From positions 1 to 56,722 of the IMG/VR virus record IMGVR_UViG_3300031519_010435: a stretch of DNA of 56,722 bases. One strand, 5' to 3'. Source of the DNA: a virus (lineage: Duplodnaviria; Caudoviricetes). A program made the translations under genes and the position numbers. Position 1 is the first letter of the stretch, and the number at the start of each line of letters is the position of its first letter. The notes beneath the pieces are model-generated. The model was not told where the DNA came from. It did no database searches and saw only the letters and a program-made list of their open reading frames with translations. Positions 38,958-47,540 of this stretch are shown here, one piece after another.

Positions 38958-40521
38958 TGATTACTTAATTGATTTTCAACAGGATTTGGTAAAAATAATT
39001 GGAAAATATAGGGGTGATAGACATCCATTAAGTAGTGACGAACTCTTATCTGAAGTAAATCTTTACTTAGTAAAAAATAAACAAAAAATATTTGATTATG
39101 TTGAGTCTCAAGGTAAAGAATTTAATCAAGAATCATTCAAGCATACCTCTTTTATATATTGCAGGAATTTAATTAGATGGATTTACTCTAGAGAAACAGA
39201 TGGAAACGTCAAATCTGGAAAATGGAGAGCCAAAAGAGTAGATAAAGTTTACTTTACCGAAGAAGGAGAAAAAAGCACTTTAGATATTTTCCTTGAATCT
39301 AATGGGGTTGAATCTGAAGTAGAAGACATAAACATTGGGGATAAATATAAATATATTTTAGACGAAATTAAATCAAAACTTACTAATAATGAACTTGAAA
39401 TATTTTTAAGTTTACAGTCTGGAAAAAAACAAAAAGATATAGCTAAAGATTGTGGGGTTACTAGGCAAGCTATTGACTTAGCTTATCACAATATAGTAGA
39501 AAAAGTAAAATCTATAGGGGCATTAAAAGATGGAATTTCTAGCAAAGTCCTAAACGATCAAGTTTATAATCAAGTTACGGATGGTAATAATGCTATAAAT
39601 AATTTTTTTAAACACGACAATCATGTTTACTTTAATGATTTAGATAAAGAAGCTTTATCTCGTATCTTAATGAAGAATCCTAATTGCTATACTGGAGAAT
39701 ATATAAGCGAAAAATTTTTCGATGGTAAATTTTCTGAATATCAAATAATTAATCAATCTAGATGGCTCAAGCTAGGATCCCTTCTAAGGAAAAAGAAACA
39801 AATATATATAAAAGCTTTCTCCGATGAAGAAGAATCTGAACTTATAAGACTTTCTGAAAGTAATTGTAAAGGAGACGAAATCGCTAAAAAATTAGGCAAA
39901 TCTATCTCTTCTATTAGGGCAAAAGAAACTCACCTTTATAAAATTGGAGTCTTAGTTGAGACATCAAAAATGAGAGCTAAAAGAATGAGTCTTTTACGGA
40001 GAGTTTTTAAAAGTAAACTATTTGATTATAGGAGAGTCAAATATAATGTAACTGATCTTCAAAAAGATAAAATAATTGAGTATTTTAAAATAGGTTATGA
40101 AATTATTAAGCTTAATAGAAAAGATTTGACAATTAATGAAATAAAGAAAATCTTATTTAATAAATTTATTTTTTTAGTTTCTTCTGATATGATTAAAGGG
40201 TTCGTCAATAATGATTATATGACATTTATATCTAAAGATTTAAAGATTCCTCTTTATGTTATTCATGGTCACAGAGCCGTCTTTGTAAAAAAAGGTTTGA
40301 TTCCTAGATACGCACAAAAAAAAGAAAAATCATATAAAAGACATGAATATTCTTATATACTCAAAGCATTAAGGTCGGGATATAAATATGAAGAAATATG
40401 CAAACTCTTAGACCGAACTAAAGACTCTGTTTGGTCAATTTTATTAAATGCTATGAGAAAAAAAACTATTTCAAAAAATGATTTTAAAAGTTTTTTTGAA
40501 AGTGTTAAGGTTGAAAAATAA
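38908..40521 (+). CDS. divergent sigma70-family factor with additional C-terminal HTH/Myb-like repeats
   Basis: First ~235 aa are paralogous to 36558 (FD.YL...Q.D...DE.LS..NL.L; GKKQKDIAKDCGVTRQAI); extra FSDEEE...EIAKKLGKS and EEICKLLDRT repeats. Confidence 0.6.
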   Translation: MNSQQNTADHKKLKQFDDYLIDFQQDLVKIIGKYRGDRHPLSSDELLSEVNLYLVKNKQKIFDYVESQGKEFNQESFKHTSFIYCRNLIRWIYSRETDGNVKSGKWRAKRVDKVYFTEEGEKSTLDIFLESNGVESEVEDINIGDKYKYILDEIKSKLTNNELEIFLSLQSGKKQKDIAKDCGVTRQAIDLAYHNIVEKVKSIGALKDGISSKVLNDQVYNQVTDGNNAINNFFKHDNHVYFNDLDKEALSRILMKNPNCYTGEYISEKFFDGKFSEYQIINQSRWLKLGSLLRKKKQIYIKAFSDEEESELIRLSESNCKGDEIAKKLGKSISSIRAKETHLYKIGVLVETSKMRAKRMSLLRRVFKSKLFDYRRVKYNVTDLQKDKIIEYFKIGYEIIKLNRKDLTINEIKKILFNKFIFLVSSDMIKGFVNNDYMTFISKDLKIPLYVIHGHRAVFVKKGLIPRYAQKKEKSYKRHEYSYILKALRSGYKYEEICKLLDRTKDSVWSILLNAMRKKTISKNDFKSFFESVKVEK

Positions 40522-40561
40522 AATTGGTGTATTATTATAGTATAGATCTTTGAAATTTTAT

Positions 40562-40958
40562 GGGGATGTACAGGATTCGACTAAAATTGAATTCTTGCAT
40601 TGCAAGTCGGAGATGCACTTGGCTTCGTTAAAAAAGTGCAAAACTCTTACATGGCAACAAGTCACGTATTAAAGCTTACTCGCCTCAGAGCGAGTCGCTT
40701 GCCCTAGCAGCGTAAGTCTGCTACCTCTTACCTTTTGACGCAGATAAAGGGGATAAGAGGTCATTCATCTGCAAAACAGAAAAGGATTGCCTGTTAATAA
40801 ACTGTATCGCTGAGTATTCGGAGACCTCATTTTGAGTGAATAATTGCAACAGGAAGTTGGATGTTAATATCATAACTTTAAAAAAAATTAACTAAACTTG
40901 TAGGTATGCATGCTTGAAGATTATTAGGACGCGGGTTCAATTCCCGCCATCTCCACCA
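40562..40958 (+). ncRNA. ssrA: tmRNA
   Basis: 5' GGGGATGTACAGGATTCGAC; 3' T-arm GCGGGTTCAATTCCCGC then CATCTCCACCA; G3-U pair; tag ORF 40653-40715 ending LALAA*. Confidence 0.92.
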
Positions 40959-40999
40959 TTTTATGCTTGATTTTTTTTATATTTTTGGTATCATTATTA

Positions 41000-41191
41000 A
41001 TGAAGTTATCCATAGAAGAAGAAAGGCATTTCATGAAATGTATAGAAGAAATGCAGGAACTCTCTTTAGAATTAATTCATGCTATAAATAAACCTAACAA
41101 AGAAAATTCACGAAAAATATGTAAAGAAATAAGGGATGTAGAAAAATATTTAAATTTTTTAAAAAAACAATTCGGGAGTAAAAATGAATGA
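41000..41191 (+). CDS. MazG-like NTP pyrophosphohydrolase (single domain)
   Basis: EEMQEL...EIRDV acidic motif; leaderless ATG after TTGATT(40967)-N16-TATCAT. Confidence 0.5.
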   Translation: MKLSIEEERHFMKCIEEMQELSLELIHAINKPNKENSRKICKEIRDVEKYLNFLKKQFGSKNE

Positions 41192-41424
41192 ATATAGAAT
41201 ATAGAATAGAGTATAATATTGGAGAAGATCATGTTGAAGTTAATAGTTATCACTATTATATGGCTGATAGCCCAATACAGGCTTTAGCCTTTCATTGCAA
41301 AATGGCAAAAATAAAGGAACTTAAGATGCAAAATATTTCTGTTGAAAGATATTGTAAATATTCTAATAAATGGATTAATGAAAGTAAAGTTCTGGAAAGA
41401 GAAAGTTCTCTAAATGATGTTTAA
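41188..41424 (+). CDS. hypothetical protein
   Basis: ATGA overlap, 78 aa. Confidence 0.6.
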   Translation: MNIEYRIEYNIGEDHVEVNSYHYYMADSPIQALAFHCKMAKIKELKMQNISVERYCKYSNKWINESKVLERESSLNDV

Positions 41425-41455
41425 AATGCAATTATTAAAGTTACTATATTAAACA

Positions 41456-41959
41456 TTGAATTTATACAATATATCAAAACATCCAAATTCTCCAAATAGA
41501 GTTTATGGAGTCGTAGAAATACCCAAAGACACTAATGTCAAATATGAATATCGCCCCGACTTAGAGGCTTTTATTTATGATAGGAGTTTAATTAGTGCTA
41601 TGGTGTACCCATCTAGCTATGGATTTATCCCAAGCACTAAAGCTGAAGATGGAGATGCTTTAGATTTATTGATATACAATAACGTCCCAATAAATAGGGG
41701 TACTATTGTTGAGTGCAGAGTGATTGGTGTCTTAGACATGGAGGATGATGGAGAAAAAGATTGGAAAATTCTTGGAACTCCAATATCTCATATTAGAGAA
41801 TACAAAGGGTTGTCTGACATTGATCCTCAGTTTTTAAAAATATGCCAAAATTTCTTCTCTCACTACAAAGACTTAAATAATAAAGTAGTCGAAGTTAAAG
41901 ATTGGCATGAAGCAGATTGTGCTAGAAAAATAGTAGAAGAAAATTATAATAAATTTTAA
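41456..41959 (+). CDS. ppa: family I inorganic pyrophosphatase
   Basis: VEIP...KYEY, YPSSYGFIPST..EDGDALD, MEDDGEKDWK and FFSHYKDL. Confidence 0.92.
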   Translation: MNLYNISKHPNSPNRVYGVVEIPKDTNVKYEYRPDLEAFIYDRSLISAMVYPSSYGFIPSTKAEDGDALDLLIYNNVPINRGTIVECRVIGVLDMEDDGEKDWKILGTPISHIREYKGLSDIDPQFLKICQNFFSHYKDLNNKVVEVKDWHEADCARKIVEENYNKF

Positions 41960-41988
41960 AATTATGGCAAAAATATTAATGAAACACT

Positions 41989-42303
41989 ATGATAAGTAAA
42001 GAATATTACGAGTTTTATCTAACTAAACATCAAAACCCAAAATGTAGATTATTACATTTTATAGGTCAACTTTTTACGCTTGGATTTGCTTTTTATGTTT
42101 TTTTTGAATGGCATTGGTATTTAATTCCTTTGATTCCATTTGTTGTTTATCCTTTTGCTTGGTCGGGGCATCGTTTTTTTGAAAAAAATAAACCTTTAGC
42201 ACTAGAAGGGGTAAAAGATGGAGGAAAAACTACGTTAAAAGCTAAAGCTTGTGATTTGTTAATGTTTTTTGATATATTAAGAGGCAAACTATCTATTTGG
42301 TAA
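41989..42303 (+). CDS. DUF962/Mpo1-like membrane protein
   Basis: YL..HQNP.CR.LHFIG...YPFAW.GH.FFEKNKP. Confidence 0.8.
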   Translation: MISKEYYEFYLTKHQNPKCRLLHFIGQLFTLGFAFYVFFEWHWYLIPLIPFVVYPFAWSGHRFFEKNKPLALEGVKDGGKTTLKAKACDLLMFFDILRGKLSIW

Positions 42304-42500
42304 TGAATAAAGACACGAAATATACATTAGAATTAATTAGAAAAGATAAGCAAATATCAGAACTTTATGTTTTAATTGATACATTGCAAACTAATTTACG
42401 AAGCTCAGTTTCTCGAATAAAAGAAGAAGATAGGGGTGAAATTACAAGTGTACAAAGTTATAAGTGGTGCATGAACTGGAAACAAGGAGATGAAAAATAA
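42303..42500 (+). CDS. hypothetical coiled-coil protein
   Basis: TAATG-coupled ORF. Confidence 0.55.
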   Translation: MNKDTKYTLELIRKDKQISELYVLIDTLQTNLRSSVSRIKEEDRGEITSVQSYKWCMNWKQGDEK

Positions 42501-42580
42501 TGGATGCTATAATTGTTATTGGATTACTATCTATATTGTATTTTTTCTGTGCAAGAAATGCATACAAGTGGGGTAAATAA
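42500..42580 (+). CDS. 26-aa single-TM peptide
   Basis: MDAIIVIGLLSILYFFCARNAYKWGK, with TAATG overlaps on both sides. Confidence 0.5.
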   Translation: MDAIIVIGLLSILYFFCARNAYKWGK

Positions 42581-42948
42581 TGGATCACAACCACTTGCTT
42601 GTTAGTTCTACTTTTGAAGAAACTCCTTTTATAAATATAGAATTTACTAAATCTTGGATAAGGCAATTAGTAAAAGAAATAGATATGGAGATTTTGTACG
42701 CTCCTAGAGCTGTAAGATGTGATAAAAAAAACAATGAAGGAATAAGTGCTTTTTGCCTTATAACTACAAGTCATATTAGCCTTCACTCTTGGGAAAAATC
42801 TAACCCTAATTTAGTTCAGCTTGATATTTATAGTTGTAAATATTTTGATAAAGATGTAGTGCTTAAATATATATCTAATTTAAAACCAAAATCATTAGGT
42901 TATAAATTTTTAGATAGATCTAATTTTGATAATGAATATTTACTTTAA
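42580..42948 (+). CDS. speD: pyruvoyl-dependent decarboxylase, S-adenosylmethionine decarboxylase family
   Basis: GISAFCLITTSHISLHSW...LDIYSCK. Confidence 0.8.
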   Translation: MDHNHLLVSSTFEETPFINIEFTKSWIRQLVKEIDMEILYAPRAVRCDKKNNEGISAFCLITTSHISLHSWEKSNPNLVQLDIYSCKYFDKDVVLKYISNLKPKSLGYKFLDRSNFDNEYLL

Positions 42949-43690
42949 ACATTATTGCGGAGCAATAACTGAATATGATTATCTGTTTTACGATTGCATG
43001 GCAAAAGTACCCCTTGAGGACGAACACCAAGCTCTAAATGAAGGTTGGCTACCTGATGATTACTTAATACCTAAAAACGAATTTAAATCGCATTGGTATC
43101 AAGCTAGACAAACTAGAATTAATTTAAATAACTTCCAAGAAACCAAAAGCACTAAAAAATGTAGGAAAAAATGTAGAGATGTGGTCGTAAAGCCTGTCCC
43201 CGCTAAAGATATTGATTCTAAAATTGTGAATCAAATTTTTGACAAATATATAAATTATAGAGGTTTCAAGGCTTGGGATTTAAGTTTATTAACGAAATTA
43301 GAAACGGATCGTAAATTTTTCTTAATGTATTACTTAGGTGATACTCCGATAGCTTTTACTTTTCTTAGAAATGTAGGTTCAAATGATGTTTTTTCTACTC
43401 AATTTGCCTGGGACTATGAAAACCCTAAATTATATCTTGGCAAATATGCAAATTTAGCTGAGATAGATTATTGTATAGAAAATAATAAGAATTATATGTA
43501 TCTTGGTCTTGGCTATGAGAAGTGTTGCATTTATAAATCAGATTATGCAGGGTTTGAATTTTGGACGGGAGAAGAATGGTCTAATGACACAGAACATTAT
43601 AAATTTTTATGCGAAAGAGACTCTAAAATAGAGAAAACAAAAGACCTTGAAAAAATAAAAAGGCATGATGATGAAAATTTTTTTAAATGA
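42932..43690 (+). CDS. ATE/Bpt-like aminoacyl-tRNA--protein transferase (GNAT fold)
   Basis: RINL..F......K.RK, F.KY...R, WDY....LYLG......EI......YMYLG.GY.....YK..Y...E resemble the ATE_C domain. Confidence 0.6.
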   Translation: MNIYFKHYCGAITEYDYLFYDCMAKVPLEDEHQALNEGWLPDDYLIPKNEFKSHWYQARQTRINLNNFQETKSTKKCRKKCRDVVVKPVPAKDIDSKIVNQIFDKYINYRGFKAWDLSLLTKLETDRKFFLMYYLGDTPIAFTFLRNVGSNDVFSTQFAWDYENPKLYLGKYANLAEIDYCIENNKNYMYLGLGYEKCCIYKSDYAGFEFWTGEEWSNDTEHYKFLCERDSKIEKTKDLEKIKRHDDENFFK

Positions 43691-44139
43691 TTAAAGATTA
43701 TTTAGATTATATTTCCATAAAAAGAGACGAGATAGGAGGTCATGCAATTTGCCCTTTTGCTAAAAGTTTTTTGGATAAAGTGGAAATAATAGAGTCAAAA
43801 GACTTTTGGGGTGATGCTAAAAAATGCATGGATAACGAAAAACACCCAATGCTTTATCTTATATACGGAGATAAAGATGAATATAAAAAAGAATGGCTCG
43901 AAAGATTCTGCAACATACATAAAAAATATTCAAGAGATAAAAATTTATGGTTAATATGGGATCACCCTTACCAAATAAATAAGATAAATGGAATAGAAAC
44001 AAATAATAAAGAATATGCTATATTATTAATACAAAAGTTATCTGAATTAAACAAATATTCAGACAAACTACATAATACAAACTATTATGAATTTTGGGAT
44101 GAAAAATATTACAAACAAATAGTAGATTCAAGATTATGA
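43687..44139 (+). CDS. DUF1415-like protein
   Basis: ICPFAK...DHP...Y.ILLIQ pattern. Confidence 0.5.
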   Translation: MIKDYLDYISIKRDEIGGHAICPFAKSFLDKVEIIESKDFWGDAKKCMDNEKHPMLYLIYGDKDEYKKEWLERFCNIHKKYSRDKNLWLIWDHPYQINKINGIETNNKEYAILLIQKLSELNKYSDKLHNTNYYEFWDEKYYKQIVDSRL

Positions 44140-44327
44140 AAAAACTTTGGCTAATTTGGGCTAGAACTTTAGATCATCGAGTTGGTAAAACTGACAAAGA
44201 TCAACCCGACATACCAATCCTTTCTTTGAGTGAGGCTAGAATTAGTTTAATCCTAAGAACAATTATAATCCTTGTAAATATAACAACTTGTTTCTTTATA
44301 ATAGCAAATGTAATTAAAAATTGGTGA
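44136..44327 (+). CDS. small membrane protein
   Basis: ATGA overlap and a C-terminal TM. Confidence 0.65.
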   Translation: MKKLWLIWARTLDHRVGKTDKDQPDIPILSLSEARISLILRTIIILVNITTCFFIIANVIKNW

Positions 44328-44722
44328 TGGGGAAAAAAGAACTGCCCGATAGCTATGTTCCAAACGCTTATTCCTTACCATATGCAAGTAATTTATCTGC
44401 CCCTGTAATAAAACCCGATCATAGTCTTGGTGGATGGAAAGTTGGTGCAGTACACTCTGCAAATAAACATTATGAAGAGCGATTTAATAAATTAAAAAAA
44501 GAATTAGAAGAACTCGCTAATGATGTTAAATGGAATGAAATAATATTTAATTCGGAAATGAGGATGAAACCTGTTATTGGAAATATATATCACTTATATA
44601 AGAAAGATAACGATAAATATTTTATGAGTTTATTCGCCCCTAATGAATGCTCTTGGGGAGAGAAGCATAAGGGGACTTTTAGATTAAATTACGATAATCG
44701 TTGGGAAATTATAAACCCTTGA
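44327..44722 (+). CDS. DUF2452-like protein
   Basis: LPYASNLSAP.I.P...KPVIGNIYHLY...SL..P.E. Confidence 0.7.
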   Translation: MGKKELPDSYVPNAYSLPYASNLSAPVIKPDHSLGGWKVGAVHSANKHYEERFNKLKKELEELANDVKWNEIIFNSEMRMKPVIGNIYHLYKKDNDKYFMSLFAPNECSWGEKHKGTFRLNYDNRWEIINP

Positions 44723-44766
44723 GTTTTTACTTGTTTTTATTTTAAAAATCTATATATTGAATTGAT

Positions 44767-45090
44767 ATGAATAAAGAAGAACAAAAAAAATTAACAAAAC
44801 TTGCCCTAACAAATGCTTTAAAGGCAAAATTAGGTAAATTAGTTTCGCCGATGTCTACAGAAGAAATTTCAAAAAAGACAGGAATAGATATCGAAGAACT
44901 AGAAGAGCTTGAAAAAACTGCTTTATCTAAACTTAAAAAAGTAGGAATAAAAAAAGAACATCTTGAAACTTTCGGAGTTGACCCTGACATAATAATTTCT
45001 AGATACGATAAAGGTAACTCCATCTTGAACAACAAAGGTGTCGAAGACGACAACTCTAATACTTGGAAAAATAGACTTAACAACAATTAA
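44767..45090 (+). CDS. sigma region-4-like HTH protein
   Basis: PMSTEEISKKTGIDIEELEELEKTALSKLK. Confidence 0.55.
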   Translation: MNKEEQKKLTKLALTNALKAKLGKLVSPMSTEEISKKTGIDIEELEELEKTALSKLKKVGIKKEHLETFGVDPDIIISRYDKGNSILNNKGVEDDNSNTWKNRLNNN

Positions 45091-45102
45091 TAATATAGAA
45101 TT

Positions 45103-45381
45103 ATGAACGAAGAAAAAGAAAAAGAAAATCAAAATACGGAATGGAAAAATAGAGAAATGGGAGCTTTGTGGAAAAAAGACGGAAAAGCACAAAAATTCTA
45201 TTCGGGTTTTATTAAAGTAAATAAAGGTACTGCTGAAGAAAAAGAAGAGTCAGTCGTTATCTTTATTAATAAATTCAAGGAGCAGTCTGCTGAAAATGCT
45301 CCCGACCTTATCATCTATAAAAGCGAGAAGAGTCCAAGCCTTACGAAACATGACGATATTCCCGATAGTTTCATTTCTTAA
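45103..45381 (+). CDS. DUF736-like putative ssDNA-binding protein
   Basis: GALWKK...FYSG...N..K....APD and an acidic tail DDIPDSF. Confidence 0.5.
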   Translation: MNEEKEKENQNTEWKNREMGALWKKDGKAQKFYSGFIKVNKGTAEEKEESVVIFINKFKEQSAENAPDLIIYKSEKSPSLTKHDDIPDSFIS

Positions 45382-45454
45382 TTTTTTTTTAAAAAATAAT
45401 AAAATTTTTAAAAAAAAGCTTGACTGCAAGTAGTTTTTATGAGAAGATGCTTTC

Positions 45455-45733
45455 ATGAAGACAAAAAAAGCAACAAATAAAGATGGTTCTACTAGGAAAT
45501 CTGGTAGTGGTAGAAAAAAAGGCTCTAATTCCTTTGCTAGAGTTCTATTCTGCGACCTAAAGGATTATATCGGAGAGAAGACTCCTATAGTAGTTAGTAG
45601 AGTTTGGTTAGAGAGCTTGGGTATACATAGTTCAGAAGAAGATTGTTCTATAAAATTACCCTTGACAGAAGAGAAAGAGTCTAGTAAGATTCAGTTTAAA
45701 GTAAAAACCTTTAAAGAAGAGGAGACTGAATAA
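45455..45733 (+). CDS. small AT-hook-like DNA-binding protein
   Basis: GSGRKKGS; leaderless after TTGACT(45420)-N17-GAAGAT. Confidence 0.55.
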   Translation: MKTKKATNKDGSTRKSGSGRKKGSNSFARVLFCDLKDYIGEKTPIVVSRVWLESLGIHSSEEDCSIKLPLTEEKESSKIQFKVKTFKEEETE

Positions 45734-45734
45734 T

Positions 45735-46661
45735 ATGAAAAAAGACCCATTTAACGGATTAGTCGGACAGGATAACGTCAAAAAGAAATTAAATTTTTAT
45801 TTAAAAGCATTTAATAAAACAAGAGTTTCTCCATTCTTAGGCTTTTTTGGGGCTAAAGGATTAGGCAAGACTGCTTATGCTAATGCTTATGCTAACAATT
45901 TAAAAAATGAAAATGGAACTCAAAGAGTTTTATTGGAATTGAATTGCTCTACTATCAAAAATAATGATGACTTCTTTGATCAAATATTTATCCCTCTGAT
46001 TTTAGATAATGAAATTTCAATTCTTTTTGATGAAGCTCACGAATTACCAAGAGATTTAACTATGGCACTTTTAACAATTCTTGATACGAGCGACTCTCAT
46101 GTTAGGGATTTCAATTGGAAAGAAACTAGATACCCATTCAATTTCAAAAAGCAAACTTTCATGTTTGCCACAACTGAAAGCGATAAACTTTTTCCACCAT
46201 TAAAGGATAGGTTGACATCTATTGATTTTGATTGTTACTCCGAGAAAGAATTGGGAAAAATATTATCTTTATCTCTAGATTGTGACGTTTGCCCCGATGT
46301 TTTAACTCAATTAAGTTCTGTTGTTAGAGGCAATGCTAGAAATGCCAAAATGAGAGCTAAAGATATTAATCTATACACAGCTTCAGAAAATGTTAATCTT
46401 TTTAATAAAAAACATTACAATAAGTTTTGCGAAACTCTAGGCATTCTTCCTTTTGGAATTAGTTGTACTGAGAAACAAATTTTACAAGTATTGTCTGAAT
46501 GTGGAGCTTGCACTCTATCAATGCTTGGGGCAAAAACAGGATTAAGTACGTCTTCGCTTAGAAGTGACCATGAAAAATATCTATTAAAACAAAACTTAAT
46601 GGAGATCGATGTTAAAAGAAAATTAACTTTTAAAGGGAGAAAGCTTGCTAAAAAAATATAA
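45735..46661 (+). CDS. ruvB: RuvB-like Holliday junction branch-migration ATPase
   Basis: GQ..VK..L, GAKGLGKT, LFDEAH, ATT...L..PL.DR, RG..R.A and a C-terminal winged helix. Confidence 0.8.
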   Translation: MKKDPFNGLVGQDNVKKKLNFYLKAFNKTRVSPFLGFFGAKGLGKTAYANAYANNLKNENGTQRVLLELNCSTIKNNDDFFDQIFIPLILDNEISILFDEAHELPRDLTMALLTILDTSDSHVRDFNWKETRYPFNFKKQTFMFATTESDKLFPPLKDRLTSIDFDCYSEKELGKILSLSLDCDVCPDVLTQLSSVVRGNARNAKMRAKDINLYTASENVNLFNKKHYNKFCETLGILPFGISCTEKQILQVLSECGACTLSMLGAKTGLSTSSLRSDHEKYLLKQNLMEIDVKRKLTFKGRKLAKKI

Positions 46662-46689
46662 TTAAAATTTACTAAATTTAAAAAAAAAT

Positions 46690-47115
46690 ATGGATAACGA
46701 AAAAAATTTAAGCAAAGGAACAGTAGCGTCTTTCATAACTTGCGATCAAGTTTATATAGACCCCACCACAAACAAGCATAGTTTACTTGGAGTTTTTAGC
46801 AATCTAAGAGCTAAAGAATTTCCTGTAAAGCACCCTTCTATGATTTGGTATCTAGCTTTAGTTGAAATACCTCAAGGAAAACATAATTTAAAAATTTATT
46901 TTGGAATTATTCCTAGCGAAGAAGAGCCTAGATTAATTATAGATAGAGAATTTGAATCACAAGGTGCGCATAAAAAAATTAATGTTATTAATGCCATTAA
47001 AAGTTTATCTTTTGATAAGCCTAATAGCTACTCAATAATAGTCGAAATTGATGGAGAGGTTGTTTTTGTAGACACTTTTGTTGTTCAAGATGGAAATTCT
47101 CAAGAAAACTTTTAA
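46690..47115 (+). CDS. beta-sandwich hypothetical protein (DUF6941-like)
   Basis: CD....DP..NK.SL.GVF......FP...F.KP..Y...V.IDG. Confidence 0.6.
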   Translation: MDNEKNLSKGTVASFITCDQVYIDPTTNKHSLLGVFSNLRAKEFPVKHPSMIWYLALVEIPQGKHNLKIYFGIIPSEEEPRLIIDREFESQGAHKKINVINAIKSLSFDKPNSYSIIVEIDGEVVFVDTFVVQDGNSQENF

Positions 47116-47124
47116 ATAAATTAA

Positions 47125-47319
47125 ATGATAACTATAGAAGATTCAAATAACGAAAAATTCCACATAAATCCCAAACAAGTGATTTATGTTAAGGAAAGAA
47201 TTAATGGTAAAGAAAAATTATGGAAGATATTACTTTCTAATGGAGAAAGCATCATAACTAAAAATCAACAAGGAGCGGAATCTATTATTCGGTCGATAAA
47301 AATTAAAATTAGAGATTAG
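47125..47319 (+). CDS. FlbD-like small protein
   Basis: F.INP.QV..V.E...I.LSNGE. Confidence 0.45.
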   Translation: MITIEDSNNEKFHINPKQVIYVKERINGKEKLWKILLSNGESIITKNQQGAESIIRSIKIKIRD

Positions 47320-47325
47320 GGTAAA

Positions 47326-47538
47326 ATGATAAATCAAATAACAGAAGAGATTAATTATCGTAAAGGTTACGATAAGGGTTGGGCAGATGCCCAAGAGTAT
47401 CTCGCAAAAAAGTTTGAAAAAATATTAAGTAAAAACGCAAATCAATCCTACGAAAAAGGCTTTCAAAAAGGTGCAAATCAAAAAAATAATAAACCTTGTG
47501 TTTGCGGATTCTGGGGAGACAAACGAACAGATAAATAA
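47326..47538 (+). CDS. hypothetical protein with Y..G...G repeats
   Basis: YRKGYDKG and YEKGFQKG. Confidence 0.6.
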   Translation: MINQITEEINYRKGYDKGWADAQEYLAKKFEKILSKNANQSYEKGFQKGANQKNNKPCVCGFWGDKRTDK

Positions 47539-47540
47539 TT

